From the NCBI GenBank assembly GCA_964394645.1, contig CAYMYC010000001.1, positions 274,052 through 338,051 on the forward strand: 64,000 nt of DNA. The letters run 5' to 3'. Shown here in pieces: positions 28,006 to 37,313 of the stretch. The stretch comes from an uncultured Gammaproteobacteria bacterium (GTDB taxonomy: Bacteria; Patescibacteriota; Microgenomatia; Levybacterales; GWA1-39-11). The notes below the pieces were generated by a model that saw only the letters and a list, made by a program, of their open reading frames with translations, did not search any database and was not told the DNA's origin. Numbering within the stretch: the first letter of the stretch is position 1; each line of letters begins with the position of its first letter. A program made the position numbers and the translations under genes.

Positions 28006-28761
28006 TCATTTTTCAAATTCTTTAACAGCACTTCGATATTTGCAAAAATCACAATCCTCACCTGATTCAGGAAGAACGTCGCTATGAAGGCATTTAATTG
28101 CGTTTGACACTGTTCCCTCAACCCATTCTGTATTTCCTGTATAAGGAATTAGTTTTATTTCAAATTCTAATTTTCCGTCAAATGCCTCTTTGTCAGTATT
28201 GCCATTGCAGTAAACAAAATAACCAGTATCTGAAACCTTAAAACCATTTTTTCTAAATAACCATTGATATATCTCCATTTGCCGTTTGTATCCATCCTGC
28301 CATTCTGCATCAAGGGTTACTTCTCCATCTTTAGCGGTAGCCTTATAATCTACTATTATCAACTCTCCATTTTCTTCACGCCAAACATCATCAACTCCTC
28401 CGGTGACCATGATGGAGGTACCATCAATCGGAACAGTAATCCCACGTCTCAAGCTATCTCTCCATTCGTCAATTTTCTCATGAGCAAATGGAATGGCATT
28501 AATTCCATATTTCTCACAAAGAGGGTGTCGTGTGCCATTGGAGCGATGAATATCAAATTCTTTTTTTAGTAGTGCATCAACTGCAGAATTTAGTGAAAAT
28601 GGATATCCAGGAGGCTGAGCAACACCTAGTCTTCTATCTAAGTAAAAACATCTAGGACATTTAATAAAACTGTCTATCTTACTCCTACTTAAACGAAATA
28701 ACTCTGCAGAACTCGGATCGTAGATATTTCTTTTTCGGTTAGGATGGTAATAATTTGACAT
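28006..28761 (-). CDS. PD-(D/E)XK nuclease (RecB/AddB/Cas4-like)
   Basis: CPRCFY, GGVDD...IVDYKAT, QMEIY, C-terminal CDFC. Confidence 0.85.
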   Translation of the reverse strand: MSNYYHPNRKRNIYDPSSAELFRLSRSKIDSFIKCPRCFYLDRRLGVAQPPGYPFSLNSAVDALLKKEFDIHRSNGTRHPLCEKYGINAIPFAHEKIDEWRDSLRRGITVPIDGTSIMVTGGVDDVWREENGELIIVDYKATAKDGEVTLDAEWQDGYKRQMEIYQWLFRKNGFKVSDTGYFVYCNGNTDKEAFDGKLEFEIKLIPYTGNTEWVEGTVSNAIKCLHSDVLPESGEDCDFCKYRSAVKEFEK

Positions 28762-28763
28762 TT

Positions 28764-31400
28764 TTATGTTTTTAGGAATGTAATAATTTCATTTAAGTCT
28801 TCAGCCTTTAATGGGTTTTGGGTGGAATTTTGTGTGGAATGGCTCCCTCTATTACTAAGCTTATTCCAGTAGCCGTTGAGTTTATCTATCTTTGTTTTAT
28901 CAATATTAATATTTTTAATTCCGTCCCAATTGATATTATTTCCTCTAACCCTGTTACGCAATAAATCCTGTTTATTCAATATCTTCTCGTCAATGTAGTA
29001 CTCTATCGCAGATTTCAAAAGACTAGAAACTACATTTACAGAATAAGATCCCTTCATTTCTCTCTCTGCTTTTTCAATAAAATAAGTACACGATTCATTC
29101 TGACTCTCTAAAATTCTTCCTGTCCTATCTTTAGACTCCCTTTCGACTGTATAGGTATGTACGTGGTGGCCTGCAGTGACACATCCACGCTCGATATAAT
29201 TTTTGCAAACATGATGGGTTCGATTACCATGATCATCCTTCAAATCACCGCACCAAGTTACTAATGAGTTATAAAAAAGCTTATCATGGGTAAATATTAT
29301 TATTTGTCTTGTTGCCGAAACTTGGAGCAATCTTTTTGCTAATAAATCAGACACTTCATGATCTACGCTTGTAACTGGATCATCGAACACTACTGGATTG
29401 CTCCCACCCTGACTTTCAATCTCTCCCAAAAAAAGAGCTAAGCATACCGCCTTTTGTTCGCCCGTACTTAGAATGTCCTCAACATCATTACCTAGAATCT
29501 TTAGACATGTACGAACAGTTCCTTTACCCGCCCCAGTTTTTTCCAGCGTAACCTCCACATCTTTACCTAAGGCTTTTAATTCTTCCTCAAATGATTTTCT
29601 AATAGAGTCTGTTAGAAGTTCATCATGAGCTTTTGATCCCAGAACTGTTATACCAGTTGTCAAAATAGTGCCATTTACATTCTCATATCCTTTTGCCTTT
29701 TTCTTTCCCTCAAAGTATTTTTCTATCTTTTCCTTCAATTTTGAAACGTTTTGCTTATCTTGGAGTTTCTCTATTTCTTCATTGAGCTTATTTATTCTTT
29801 CTTGCTTCTGAGATTCAGATTGCTCCAAGCCATCGACTCTTTCCTGTCTATCAGTAGTCATCTTTGATAGTTGTGTATCGATGTCGTACAGTTCGAGGTT
29901 ATATTGATTGCTTACCTGACTTCTCTTATTCAGGGATTCAACAAGGGCCTCTTTTTGTTTTTTCGCTTCTGCAAGAACCCGACTAACTACCTCACTCAGA
30001 CTTTTATTCTGTTCTATTTCTTGTTCAGAAAGTATTTTTTGTAAATTGTCAGAAGCATTGAAGTCGAATACGATCTTTTCAAGAGAACCTAGCAGTATAT
30101 TAATCCCATTTTCTGCTTTCCTGAAATCTGCCTGAGACTGATCGTTGAGATATTCAGAATATGCCTTTGTAAGCTTTAGGGCATCTTCTCCTAATGGCTG
30201 ATGGCAATAAACACACTTCTCATCTTTATTAAAAGTATTTTGATCAACGGCAACTCCATACTTTTCGGCTGCCTCCACAAAAGACTGCCATTCATCTGAT
30301 TCTTGAGACGGAACACTTTTCAACACTTCAAATTGTTTTGCTCTTTCATCTCTGATTTTCTTTTTGCTTATATAATTGGGAATTGATGCAGAGACCTGTC
30401 CTGTTAATGACTCAAGAGAAGATTTAAGTTTTACTAAATGATTTTTTAATGCGTCGATCTCGGTTTTCTCCTGATTTAGTAATTTTTTACTGTCATCTAC
30501 ATTCTTCTTTTCCAATTCTTGCTTCAATTGAATCCACTGTCCCAATTTTGCAATTTCTTCTTTGGAAATCGATAAATAATCTGCAAGTACTTTGCTATTG
30601 TCATCCGATAAAGAATCCTCTTGAAGGATCCATTTAAGATCCTGCGAGTGCAAATCATCTATCAATGGTTGCATATCGGGGCATAGATTTTCTTGTTCTC
30701 TTTGAAGTCCTTCGAGCCTTTTTTTTAGATCGTCTATTGTTGATGCAATAATTTGAAAAAGGTTTAACCCTAGCGGTTCTATGTTTACAGAATTTTCTCT
30801 TTCATGCAAAAATACTGGCAAGTAATCGGAGTCGAAAACTTTGATTCTATTAAATGGTATGATTCCACGGCTGTGCTTATCTTGCCATTTATAGCCTTGA
30901 GTAACTCCACCAAGAGAATATTCAACATCAACCTCTAATCCATCTTCTTGCCCATGTATATTATTCAAAATGCTTCTGTGTTGTATACCTCCAGCAACTT
31001 CGTGAAGTATTCTAAAGTAACCGCTCTTACCAGTTCCGTTTAATCCAAAAACAACAGTACAAGCAGGACTGAAAGTAATCGACTGATTTGGAATTAAAGC
31101 ATTAACACCATTTACGTGTGTTATTTTCCTTAGAATCAACTGTTGTGGATTTGTGCTTAGAGGTGGGTTTTGTTCTTCTGCTCGTGTGGCTGTGTCTTCC
31201 AAAGATTGAGTTTGATCGCCTGAATTTAGGTTATTCTCTTGAAGTAACAGGGTGAAAATCGAGTCTTTGTCGGAGTCTGTTAGTTTTCCATTAGTGTCAA
31301 TACACCTCTGGATTAGCGTACCTAGCCAAGTAGGAGTTGTACTTCTATTTTTATATTCGAGCAGGTAATCGGTTGCATGAGTTTTATTTGTTGCGTCCAT
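28764..31400 (-). CDS. SMC/Rad50-like ABC ATPase with zinc hook (RloC/AAA_13-like)
   Basis: GLNGTGKS, hook CVYC in coiled coil, LSTGEQK signature, VFDDPVTSVD, FTHD, C-terminal LSNRGSH. Confidence 0.8.
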   Translation of the reverse strand: MDATNKTHATDYLLEYKNRSTTPTWLGTLIQRCIDTNGKLTDSDKDSIFTLLLQENNLNSGDQTQSLEDTATRAEEQNPPLSTNPQQLILRKITHVNGVNALIPNQSITFSPACTVVFGLNGTGKSGYFRILHEVAGGIQHRSILNNIHGQEDGLEVDVEYSLGGVTQGYKWQDKHSRGIIPFNRIKVFDSDYLPVFLHERENSVNIEPLGLNLFQIIASTIDDLKKRLEGLQREQENLCPDMQPLIDDLHSQDLKWILQEDSLSDDNSKVLADYLSISKEEIAKLGQWIQLKQELEKKNVDDSKKLLNQEKTEIDALKNHLVKLKSSLESLTGQVSASIPNYISKKKIRDERAKQFEVLKSVPSQESDEWQSFVEAAEKYGVAVDQNTFNKDEKCVYCHQPLGEDALKLTKAYSEYLNDQSQADFRKAENGINILLGSLEKIVFDFNASDNLQKILSEQEIEQNKSLSEVVSRVLAEAKKQKEALVESLNKRSQVSNQYNLELYDIDTQLSKMTTDRQERVDGLEQSESQKQERINKLNEEIEKLQDKQNVSKLKEKIEKYFEGKKKAKGYENVNGTILTTGITVLGSKAHDELLTDSIRKSFEEELKALGKDVEVTLEKTGAGKGTVRTCLKILGNDVEDILSTGEQKAVCLALFLGEIESQGGSNPVVFDDPVTSVDHEVSDLLAKRLLQVSATRQIIIFTHDKLFYNSLVTWCGDLKDDHGNRTHHVCKNYIERGCVTAGHHVHTYTVERESKDRTGRILESQNESCTYFIEKAEREMKGSYSVNVVSSLLKSAIEYYIDEKILNKQDLLRNRVRGNNINWDGIKNINIDKTKIDKLNGYWNKLSNRGSHSTQNSTQNPLKAEDLNEIITFLKT

Positions 31401-31472
31401 GTAATTGTATCATATAAACCTCTTCTATTAAACCATCGGACTAGTTTAAGCTAATTCGATATTTCTCATTGT

Positions 31473-32576
31473 TTATATTCCAGACTTAGTTCTGTTGTCT
31501 TGTTTACAAAGCATCTGACAATTTTCTGCAATAGTCTTTCCTCCCTCGTGCCAAGGAGTAATATGATCTCCTTCCATTTCGTCTAATTCAAAGTGGTTTT
31601 TACAAAAGAAACAAATGCCATTTTGTCTTTCGTATGCCTCGCGTTTCATCTTGTCTGTAAAGGCTCGAATTGAGAGATATTTCTCTTGGTGTGTCAGAAC
31701 ATATGGATAAATACCTGACTTTTTCGTAACGTCTTCATCCTGCATCATAACTTTTGTTTCTGTCTCCAGTTTTTCTGGATCAAGAGCCTCGTTTCTGAAC
31801 TGATTGTATAGTTCGCCCCAGTTCACACTGGCCATTTCTTTTCTATAGTTGGGGAAAGCCTTTCGTACCCAAACGATTACATCTTGAAAGTAGTTCCATA
31901 ATTCATCAGCATTTTCATCATGCTGGTGTTTGGCCATGTAATCTTCAATTGCCCCATTATTTATCCACGAGAGTGCAGTTTCTAAGTATTCTTGTCTTAT
32001 GGGTGATCCACTAAGTAGTGCACCACCATCATTAGCCAAAAGGTAGGCAACACAGTTTGTTTTACTGAACTTGAGCTTTGCATCCGAGAGCCAAGGGCCA
32101 GTGTATACAGCGTTTCGAAGCTCTTGATCTGTTAATTTTTCACCTGCGATATTGATAATCCTAAACCAGTCCAAGCGTTCTTTATCCGTTCCCTCACAGA
32201 AATAGATCATTAGTTCATAATCCAAAATCTGGTTTTGCTCCTCAAGAGTTAAGTTATGAAACATTGCTAATCTGCCATTAAAGTCTATGGAAAAATCACC
32301 ATTTACATATTGTGCAAGGCTGATAGTACGTTGTTGGCCATCAAGAACCTCATAGTCACCATCTTCACGAACTACCCAGTACATAACATTAAGAGGAAAT
32401 CCATTTTTGACAGTATCTATAACTGCATCCCGTTGTTTGTCTTTGTAGACAAACTCTCGCTGGTATTTAGGACGAATATCAAGTTTTCCGCCATAACCTA
32501 TCACGCCCTCTTCAGCGTTATCTTTATATTCTTTTACTACCTCACGTACTGGTATTCTGCGTAAATCAATCTTCAT
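31473..32576 (-). CDS. DUF262 (GmrS/ParB-like) plus HNH endonuclease
   Basis: RPKYQREFVY, DGQQRT, FRIIN; C-terminal CFFC...DHITPW...NCQMLC...N. Confidence 0.9.
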   Translation of the reverse strand: MKIDLRRIPVREVVKEYKDNAEEGVIGYGGKLDIRPKYQREFVYKDKQRDAVIDTVKNGFPLNVMYWVVREDGDYEVLDGQQRTISLAQYVNGDFSIDFNGRLAMFHNLTLEEQNQILDYELMIYFCEGTDKERLDWFRIINIAGEKLTDQELRNAVYTGPWLSDAKLKFSKTNCVAYLLANDGGALLSGSPIRQEYLETALSWINNGAIEDYMAKHQHDENADELWNYFQDVIVWVRKAFPNYRKEMASVNWGELYNQFRNEALDPEKLETETKVMMQDEDVTKKSGIYPYVLTHQEKYLSIRAFTDKMKREAYERQNGICFFCKNHFELDEMEGDHITPWHEGGKTIAENCQMLCKQDNRTKSGI

Positions 32577-32577
32577 A

Positions 32578-33621
32578 TCAATTTTTAACTTTTTTATTTC
32601 TGATTAAAATACGTGCATATGTCTCTTTACCATCTATAGTAAATCTTTTTCCATAATTTGGGTTATCATCCACATAACGATCAATACCGATTATTTCAAA
32701 CTGTTCAGGGTTATACTTGTCAACAAAAGTAATTGGTACCCCCATTATACCGTCATAGTCAAAAGGAATATCCATATAACGGTTTACATTTATTGCATTG
32801 TAGTTATCATAATTGGAATATTCTTCTGGTGTATATTTTCTATATAAAGTCACTTCTTCGTGACGCTTTGTAGTTTCTAAATTGGTAAACCATAATATTC
32901 GCCCCATGCTAAAATACTTTATTCCGTCCACAACCCTTTTCCTTGACTCGGTAGGAATATCATAATCCATCGGAACTTGAAACCATTTAGTACCGCCATT
33001 GTCATACCCAAGCCATAATTTGTTGTCTTTGATCAGTTTAAATATTTCTTTATATGTAATGGCGTTTTGATCGCCTAGAATAAGAAACTTTTTATTGTGT
33101 TCAATAAGTTGTGCAACATACTCACGAAAAAGCGAAAACGGAGGATTAGTAACAACAATGTCCGCCTCTTTTAATAGCTCGACACACTCATTGCTTCTAA
33201 AATCTCCATTTTCTTTAAGGGGTTGAGAAACATTAGCATCGCGTTTTAATAACCACTCAACATCTGCTAAGTCAATTGCTCCGTCAGTATTTTCATCTGG
33301 CACCTCGTTAATCTCAATCTTGAACGGCTCTTTTCCTTTCGGTTTTAAGCCCTCCATATCTAAAAGGGAAAGCTGTTTTCCAGTAATCGGCGAACCACTG
33401 TAGCTAGTGGTAATCAGTTTCTTTAATCCTAAGGCGTTGAAGTTGGAGGCAAAATATTTAAAAAAGTTACTCTCAAAAGGATCATCACAATTGCAATACA
33501 CTATTTTCTCACGAAATTGCTGCTTGTAGTGCTTCAGCTCTTTTTCAATATCGGTTAGTTGAGTATAAAACTCATCCTTTTTGGCCTTACTAGCTTTATG
33601 GAAGTTCGTATTTAATGACAT
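32578..33621 (-). CDS. EcoRI-family adenine methyltransferase
   Basis: KKDEFYT, YCNCDDP, GDFRS, VVTNPPFSLFREY. Confidence 0.92.
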   Translation of the reverse strand: MSLNTNFHKASKAKKDEFYTQLTDIEKELKHYKQQFREKIVYCNCDDPFESNFFKYFASNFNALGLKKLITTSYSGSPITGKQLSLLDMEGLKPKGKEPFKIEINEVPDENTDGAIDLADVEWLLKRDANVSQPLKENGDFRSNECVELLKEADIVVTNPPFSLFREYVAQLIEHNKKFLILGDQNAITYKEIFKLIKDNKLWLGYDNGGTKWFQVPMDYDIPTESRKRVVDGIKYFSMGRILWFTNLETTKRHEEVTLYRKYTPEEYSNYDNYNAINVNRYMDIPFDYDGIMGVPITFVDKYNPEQFEIIGIDRYVDDNPNYGKRFTIDGKETYARILIRNKKVKN

Positions 33622-33725
33622 AGAATCATATTTATTAAAGTTATTTAAATTTCGAACTGTTACTTAATTATTCTACCACTGATGAGGCTATTATTGCACG
33701 GTTATTTAATGTTATGCTTATTTAT

Positions 33726-34001
33726 ATGATGTATCCACCTATTTATTATGTTTATATAGCTGAATGTTCAGATAAAACATATTATGTTGGTCAAACAGCT
33801 GATATTAGTGAAAGAGAAAAAGAGCATAATGGGCTAGGTAAATTTCCTGGAGCAAAATACACAGAATCTAGAAGGCCTGTAAGGATTGTACATATAGAGC
33901 CTTATCATACAAGATCATACGCAATGCAAAGAGAGAAAGAACTAAAAAAACTGTCCCATGAGCAGAAGTACGACCTAGTTAATTGCTTAGCAATATACTG
34001 A
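33726..34001 (+). CDS. Stand-alone GIY-YIG nuclease
   Basis: YYVYI...YYVGQT...REKEHN...AKYT...AMQREKELK. Confidence 0.88.
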   Translation: MMYPPIYYVYIAECSDKTYYVGQTADISEREKEHNGLGKFPGAKYTESRRPVRIVHIEPYHTRSYAMQREKELKKLSHEQKYDLVNCLAIY

Positions 34002-34028
34002 ATTTTCTATATATTTTAATAATCTCTA

Positions 34029-34064
34029 ATTAAGGGTTGCGCCCCTCTTTTGACAAGAGTAAAA
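34029..34064 (+). repeat. ~36-bp direct repeat, copy 1
   Basis: ATTAAGGGTTGCGCCCCTCTTTTGACAAGAGTAAAA. Confidence 0.85.
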
Positions 34065-34086
34065 GAATTAAAAAATGTTTTTAGAG

Positions 34087-34131
34087 ATACTTAGAAGATA
34101 CTTGTCATATACTTAACAAGTATGTTAGAAT
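34087..34131 (+). promoter_or_regulatory. Promoter with three ATACTT repeats at 11-bp period plus one inverted copy
   Basis: ATACTT at 34087, 34098, 34109; AAGTAT at 34118; TTGTCA-18-TAGAAT, ATG 6 nt downstream. Confidence 0.7.
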
Positions 34132-34137
34132 TAAAAC

Positions 34138-34437
34138 ATGGAAGATCAAAAAATCATAAATCCGCAAAAAGTTTACAACGTCAACGAGGCAGCAAAAGTC
34201 CTTGATATTAACGAACAAACCTTGCTTGATTATGTCCGCACTGGCAAAATTATTGGCAAAAAGATAGGAGAATGGAAAATACTAGGACAATCACTTATTA
34301 ATTTTCTCACTGCAGAGCCAAACGAGATAGAAAGACCAGACGAAGCAGACTTCTATGACCCCACATTGGGACAAAAAGGCTACGATATTACAAAAGGCGG
34401 CTTTGTTGATCCAGCAAAAACCCCTTGGGGAAAATAA
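34138..34437 (+). CDS. Excisionase-like (HTH_17/MerR-type) DNA-binding protein
   Basis: YNVNEAAKVLDINEQTLLDYVRTGKIIGKKIGEWKI. Confidence 0.85.
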   Translation: MEDQKIINPQKVYNVNEAAKVLDINEQTLLDYVRTGKIIGKKIGEWKILGQSLINFLTAEPNEIERPDEADFYDPTLGQKGYDITKGGFVDPAKTPWGK

Positions 34438-34440
34438 AGA

Positions 34441-34902
34441 ATGAAAGATCGGGCATCTTATCTAGGTACAGTATCTCTTAATTTCTTGCAACTCCCTGGC
34501 ACTATCGGCAATTGGCAATCGTACGAGACAGAAGATATCTTTGCAACAAATTTTATAAATGTTCCTCATGAACACCTTTATACAATGGGGTCTGGCATAA
34601 ATCCCTTACAAGGCACAGCTTTAGCTTCTCTTGCAACAATTCCAAATTTTCAACTTCCAACACAAACCCAATGGTATATAGCTGGACGTACAGTAGTTAG
34701 GTGGGGTGGAACTTCAGATCCAACAGAAGTAGACATTGATCACTATGGATTTACCCCAGTCTTTAATAAAGGAGTCGCCGTTGTGTGGAAAGCTCCTAAA
34801 TCTGAACCTCATCATTTGTCACAAATTCCAGACTTAATAAATACCGTACCGTCTAATTTGGTAGAATTAGTTGAGGCAATAAGAAAAGGAGAATTTAAAT
34901 AG
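34441..34902 (+). CDS. Hypothetical protein
   Basis: 153 aa, 3 nt after the HTH gene. Confidence 0.7.
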   Translation: MKDRASYLGTVSLNFLQLPGTIGNWQSYETEDIFATNFINVPHEHLYTMGSGINPLQGTALASLATIPNFQLPTQTQWYIAGRTVVRWGGTSDPTEVDIDHYGFTPVFNKGVAVVWKAPKSEPHHLSQIPDLINTVPSNLVELVEAIRKGEFK

Positions 34903-34903
34903 C

Positions 34904-35326
34904 TTAGGCTGGTTTTGTTCCTATCCCTTGAGAAAAGCGGAGCAAATATCCGTCAGGGTCTTGAACCAGAATTTGTCTGCATCCATGCATTACATCGTTC
35001 ACTCTGTACCAGCTGTCTTCCAACTCTCTTCTCAGAGGATACCCACTGTTTTTCAGAGATTTTGCAAGTTTTTCCACGTCTTTTGTATTAATTTGAAAGT
35101 TAATTCCACGGCCTAATGGATATTCAAATTCCCCTACCTTATACTCATCATCTTCATTTGGATCAAGCTGCTGGATCATAATCTCACTCTCTTCAAAAGA
35201 CAAAAATGCGAACTTAGGGTTTTCCCTTGTGTATTCGACCTTAAAACCTAATACATCTTCATAAAAATGAAGGCTCTTCTCAAAATCAGAGACATATAGT
35301 TCCGGAAGAATAGTATTAAATTTCAC
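34904..35326 (-). CDS. VOC/glyoxalase (bleomycin-resistance-like) protein
   Basis: PELYVSDFEKSLHFYEDVLGF, PLGRGINFQI, QDPDGYLLRF. Confidence 0.9.
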   Translation of the reverse strand: MKFNTILPELYVSDFEKSLHFYEDVLGFKVEYTRENPKFAFLSFEESEIMIQQLDPNEDDEYKVGEFEYPLGRGINFQINTKDVEKLAKSLKNSGYPLRRELEDSWYRVNDVMHGCRQILVQDPDGYLLRFSQGIGTKPA

Positions 35327-35355
35327 AATAAAATTATACCAAATTTAAGCATTCT

Positions 35356-35393
35356 ATTAAGGGGCTTGCACCCCTCTTTTGGCAAGGGTAAAA
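35356..35393 (+). repeat. ~36-bp direct repeat, copy 2
   Basis: ATTAAGGGGCTTGCACCCCTCTTTTGGCAAGGGTAAAA. Confidence 0.85.
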
Positions 35394-35410
35394 ATAACCA
35401 GAGATAAATG

Positions 35411-35881
35411 TTACCTATCTAAGTTTAAAGTAGCTTCCTTGCGATCTACTAGTTTAAATTCGACTTTTTCGTGAAGTTTTATCGAATTAGGGTTGTCTAG
35501 ATTAATTAGAGCCTGTATCTTTTTTATTCCTTTTTCCCTAGCTTCATTAATCAATTTTTTGTACAACAGTTGTCCAATGCCTTCTCTCTGATGGATTGGG
35601 TTAATTCCAACGTAACGAATATATAAAGTACCACCAAATGGAAGCGTTTCATAAGCAAGAATAAAACCAACAATTTTCTCTCCTTGCTCTGCTACAAAAC
35701 AATATCCAGTATCTATATTGGTTTGGAATTCTGATTTTCGGGAAACAAGATGAGATTCTTGCTCCTCCTGGCTCATATCATCAAACTTTGATCCCAAGTA
35801 CTGTCTTTGTGTCAGAATGTCGACACTGTGAACCTGCACGTAGTCATCAAGCTTCATCTGTCGAATTGAAATTTGATCCAT
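35411..35881 (-). CDS. GNAT acetyltransferase
   Basis: VGINPIHQREGIGQLL acetyl-CoA motif, NPNSIKLHEK; ATG 35881 has TATAAT 6 nt upstream. Confidence 0.9.
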   Translation of the reverse strand: MDQISIRQMKLDDYVQVHSVDILTQRQYLGSKFDDMSQEEQESHLVSRKSEFQTNIDTGYCFVAEQGEKIVGFILAYETLPFGGTLYIRYVGINPIHQREGIGQLLYKKLINEAREKGIKKIQALINLDNPNSIKLHEKVEFKLVDRKEATLNLDR

Positions 35882-35905
35882 AGCATAATTATAAGGCATC
35901 GGTCA

Positions 35906-35940
35906 ATTAAAGGGCTGACGCCCCTCTTTTGACAAGGGTT
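35906..35940 (+). repeat. ~36-bp direct repeat, copy 3
   Basis: ATTAAAGGGCTGACGCCCCTCTTTTGACAAGGGTT. Confidence 0.85.
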
Positions 35941-36039
35941 TCCGTTTTACTCCAATAAACTGCGCTTCGCTTGCCCTTGTAAAATTCACCCCGCTTTTTA
36001 AATTAACTTTCTATCTGAAAGCATGAGCATGCTTTCAGA
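35927..36039. other. Structured non-coding region (candidate oriT or ssDNA promoter)
   Basis: TTTTGACAAGGG pairs with CCCTTGTAAAA (35974-35984); perfect 12-bp IR TCTGAAAGCATG-ag-CATGCTTTCAGA (36014-36039); near the relaxase. Confidence 0.5.
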
Positions 36040-36080
36040 AAAATAATTTTCAAGAAAGCGTGAGGAAGGGGGTGAAATAT

Positions 36081-36413
36081 ATGGAGAATTTAGTAACAGT
36101 TGACTATTCAAAATTCGGGTACAGAGAGTTAGATATTGCCGGAAAACTTTTAGCTATCTACTCTCAAGGTGGGGTTGACTTTTTGGAAGATGGAATAACA
36201 GTAAATTTCAATATGAACAGTGGCTATGTATTTTTGTCTGATTCAAACTATAACGTTGGGGTTTTAGCCGATGGAGAAACTCAAATAGTACAGTTTTTCT
36301 CATGCATGGAATGCGGTTATGAGGGTACTCAAGATGATGCCTTGATGGACGAAAAAGACTTCGTAACTTATGAGGGGTATTGTTCTGAAGAATGTTATTC
36401 TAAGAATATGTGA
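36081..36413 (+). CDS. Acidic hypothetical protein with Cys motifs
   Basis: Strong SD GGGGGTGA; FNMNSGYVFLSD, CMEC, CSEEC. Confidence 0.75.
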   Translation: MENLVTVDYSKFGYRELDIAGKLLAIYSQGGVDFLEDGITVNFNMNSGYVFLSDSNYNVGVLADGETQIVQFFSCMECGYEGTQDDALMDEKDFVTYEGYCSEECYSKNM

Positions 36414-36436
36414 TAGCAAATACTGCCCATTTGCTT

Positions 36437-37213
36437 TTACTTTACCCTTTTCCAAATATCGGAGGAGTCGTTTCGGATTATCTCTTTTGTTGTTAAGAAT
36501 AGAGATAGATCACTATTCTCTTTTTCAAGCTTTGCCTTTGCATACTCGAAAATATGTGTTTGCATGTTTTGGGAAGGTAGAACGAAAAGGATTTGTGGAA
36601 ACGGTGCATTATTGGTGTTTTCCTTCCACTTAGTATCTTGAGAATACACTATATACTGCTTTACTCTTTTTCTTAAAATGAAAGCCGGAGTATACGGATC
36701 AAAGATATTTAAAAGATACCTTCTAGTTTTATTACCGGTTTTAAACGCTATATATGCGCAAAGCTCAGTATCGGGAAAATATTCGTATCCGATTAAATCC
36801 GTTTCGGTAAAAAATTGCAGGGTTTCTTCTTTGTCCTTTTTTGAAAGAAAGAAAAGATACATATCTACAACAAACAGTTTGTGATTGATGAATTTATTCC
36901 CCCGTTTGTGTTCTTTATATATTCTTGAGTTAAAAGCATCGGTATCAAAATTTTTTTCATTTTTTAAAATATTTCTTGCAAGGGGTTTTAGAAAATATAT
37001 TGCGGGCTTGTTTCCTTCTTCAAACGATTTTCTTGAATAGTTAGTACCAATATATTTTTTGTCCTTTAGATCTTTAAGCCATTCTTTTATTCTGTGTGGA
37101 TCTTTGTGATTGAATAGTTTTTGAAATTGTAGAGTTGTTAAGAATCGAAACCTGTATAGATAGATTATTATTTCTTTTTGCTTTAGTGTATATGGTGAAT
37201 TTGTGTATTTCAT
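36437..37213 (-). CDS. Replication-relaxation (Replic_Relax) family relaxase
   Basis: N-terminal winged helix LYRFRFLTTLQF, HKLFVVDMY, PD motif; downstream of the coupling ATPase. Confidence 0.75.
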   Translation of the reverse strand: MKYTNSPYTLKQKEIIIYLYRFRFLTTLQFQKLFNHKDPHRIKEWLKDLKDKKYIGTNYSRKSFEEGNKPAIYFLKPLARNILKNEKNFDTDAFNSRIYKEHKRGNKFINHKLFVVDMYLFFLSKKDKEETLQFFTETDLIGYEYFPDTELCAYIAFKTGNKTRRYLLNIFDPYTPAFILRKRVKQYIVYSQDTKWKENTNNAPFPQILFVLPSQNMQTHIFEYAKAKLEKENSDLSLFLTTKEIIRNDSSDIWKRVK

Positions 37214-37313
37214 TAATGGTTCTCTATATAAATATATAGATATAAAGGAGCAGAAAATATTTAATACTTCGCTTCAAAATTATTCAATTTCTGTACCCAT
37301 CCGCAGGTACATC

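Noticed and set aside
28006-28761. Cas4 of a CRISPR system
   Set aside because: No cas1/cas2 or array in the window; treated as a generic PD-(D/E)XK nuclease.
34029-35940. Repeats as a CRISPR array or integron attC sites
   Set aside because: Spacing is about 1330 and 550 bp with whole genes in between; there are no cas or intI genes and no RYYYAAC/GTTRRRY ends.
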